From contig CAZXEQ010000001.1 in the NCBI GenBank assembly GCA_964640155.1, positions 366,403-398,402 on the forward strand: a DNA stretch of 32,000 bases. The letters are read 5' to 3'. A program made the translations under genes and the position numbers. The notes beneath the pieces were generated by a model that saw nothing but the letters and a program-made list of their open reading frames with translations, did not search any database and was not told the DNA's origin. This document shows, in pieces, positions 31,994-32,000 of this stretch. This stretch comes from an uncultured bacterium (GTDB lineage: Bacteria > Auribacterota > JACPWU01). Within the stretch, counting starts at the first letter, position 1. Every line of letters starts with the position of its first letter.

Positions 31994-32000
31994 ACAAACT

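Overview
This is 32 kb of an AT-rich (by eye) chromosome from a diderm bacterium. The diderm call rests on Kdo/heptose LPS genes, outer-membrane beta-barrels and sigma-54 machinery. The lineage cannot be assigned from the sequence alone. I call 25 protein-coding genes.

Left edge (1-2723, minus strand): kdsB (partial), gmhB and hldA, which are LPS core-sugar genes, plus a DUF3108-like secreted protein.

Right half (15227-32000, minus strand): a long co-directional, mostly housekeeping run. It holds glmS, nagA, a dGTPase-like HD hydrolase, der, pgsA, gltX, a fused ~1200-aa indolepyruvate:ferredoxin oxidoreductase, a signal-peptide HEAT+ankyrin repeat protein, nadK and a 675-aa orphan.

Centre (3012-15049): this is the interesting part, an envelope gene cluster made entirely of exported or membrane proteins.
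- A near-consensus sigma-54 promoter (TGGCAT-N5-TTGCT, minus strand, 13290-13305) precedes six co-directional genes.
- Those genes are a 94-aa glycine-zipper, Tyr/Arg/His-rich protein; a single-LPP20-domain protein; a triple-LPP20-domain protein with His-rich linkers; an unannotated 45-aa lipoprotein; a FlgT-like three-domain protein; and a CsgG-family channel protein with an extra C-terminal beta-domain.
- This run ends in a clean intrinsic terminator. It is followed by an omptin-like OM barrel and an opposite-strand FecR-LPP20 fusion / DUF3307 pair.
- The cluster is bracketed by a GAF-domain sigma-54 enhancer-binding protein (divergent from the promoter) and a CHASE2 class-III nucleotide cyclase.
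- No flagellar, curli, pilus or canonical secretion-system genes are visible, so this looks like an undescribed sigma-54-controlled outer-membrane ring or secretion module.

Non-coding signals:
- Two homologous ~140-nt GC-enriched structured intergenic elements with compensatory base-pair changes (2803-2939 and 15077-15224), plus a third element of similar architecture (1811-1948).
- A shared TGCGT/ACGCA motif array in the leaders of the activator gene and of glmS.

I saw no rRNA, tRNA, CRISPR, transposase, integrase or phage genes. All functional calls come from reading motifs in the translated ORFs by eye. No database or HMM searches were run.
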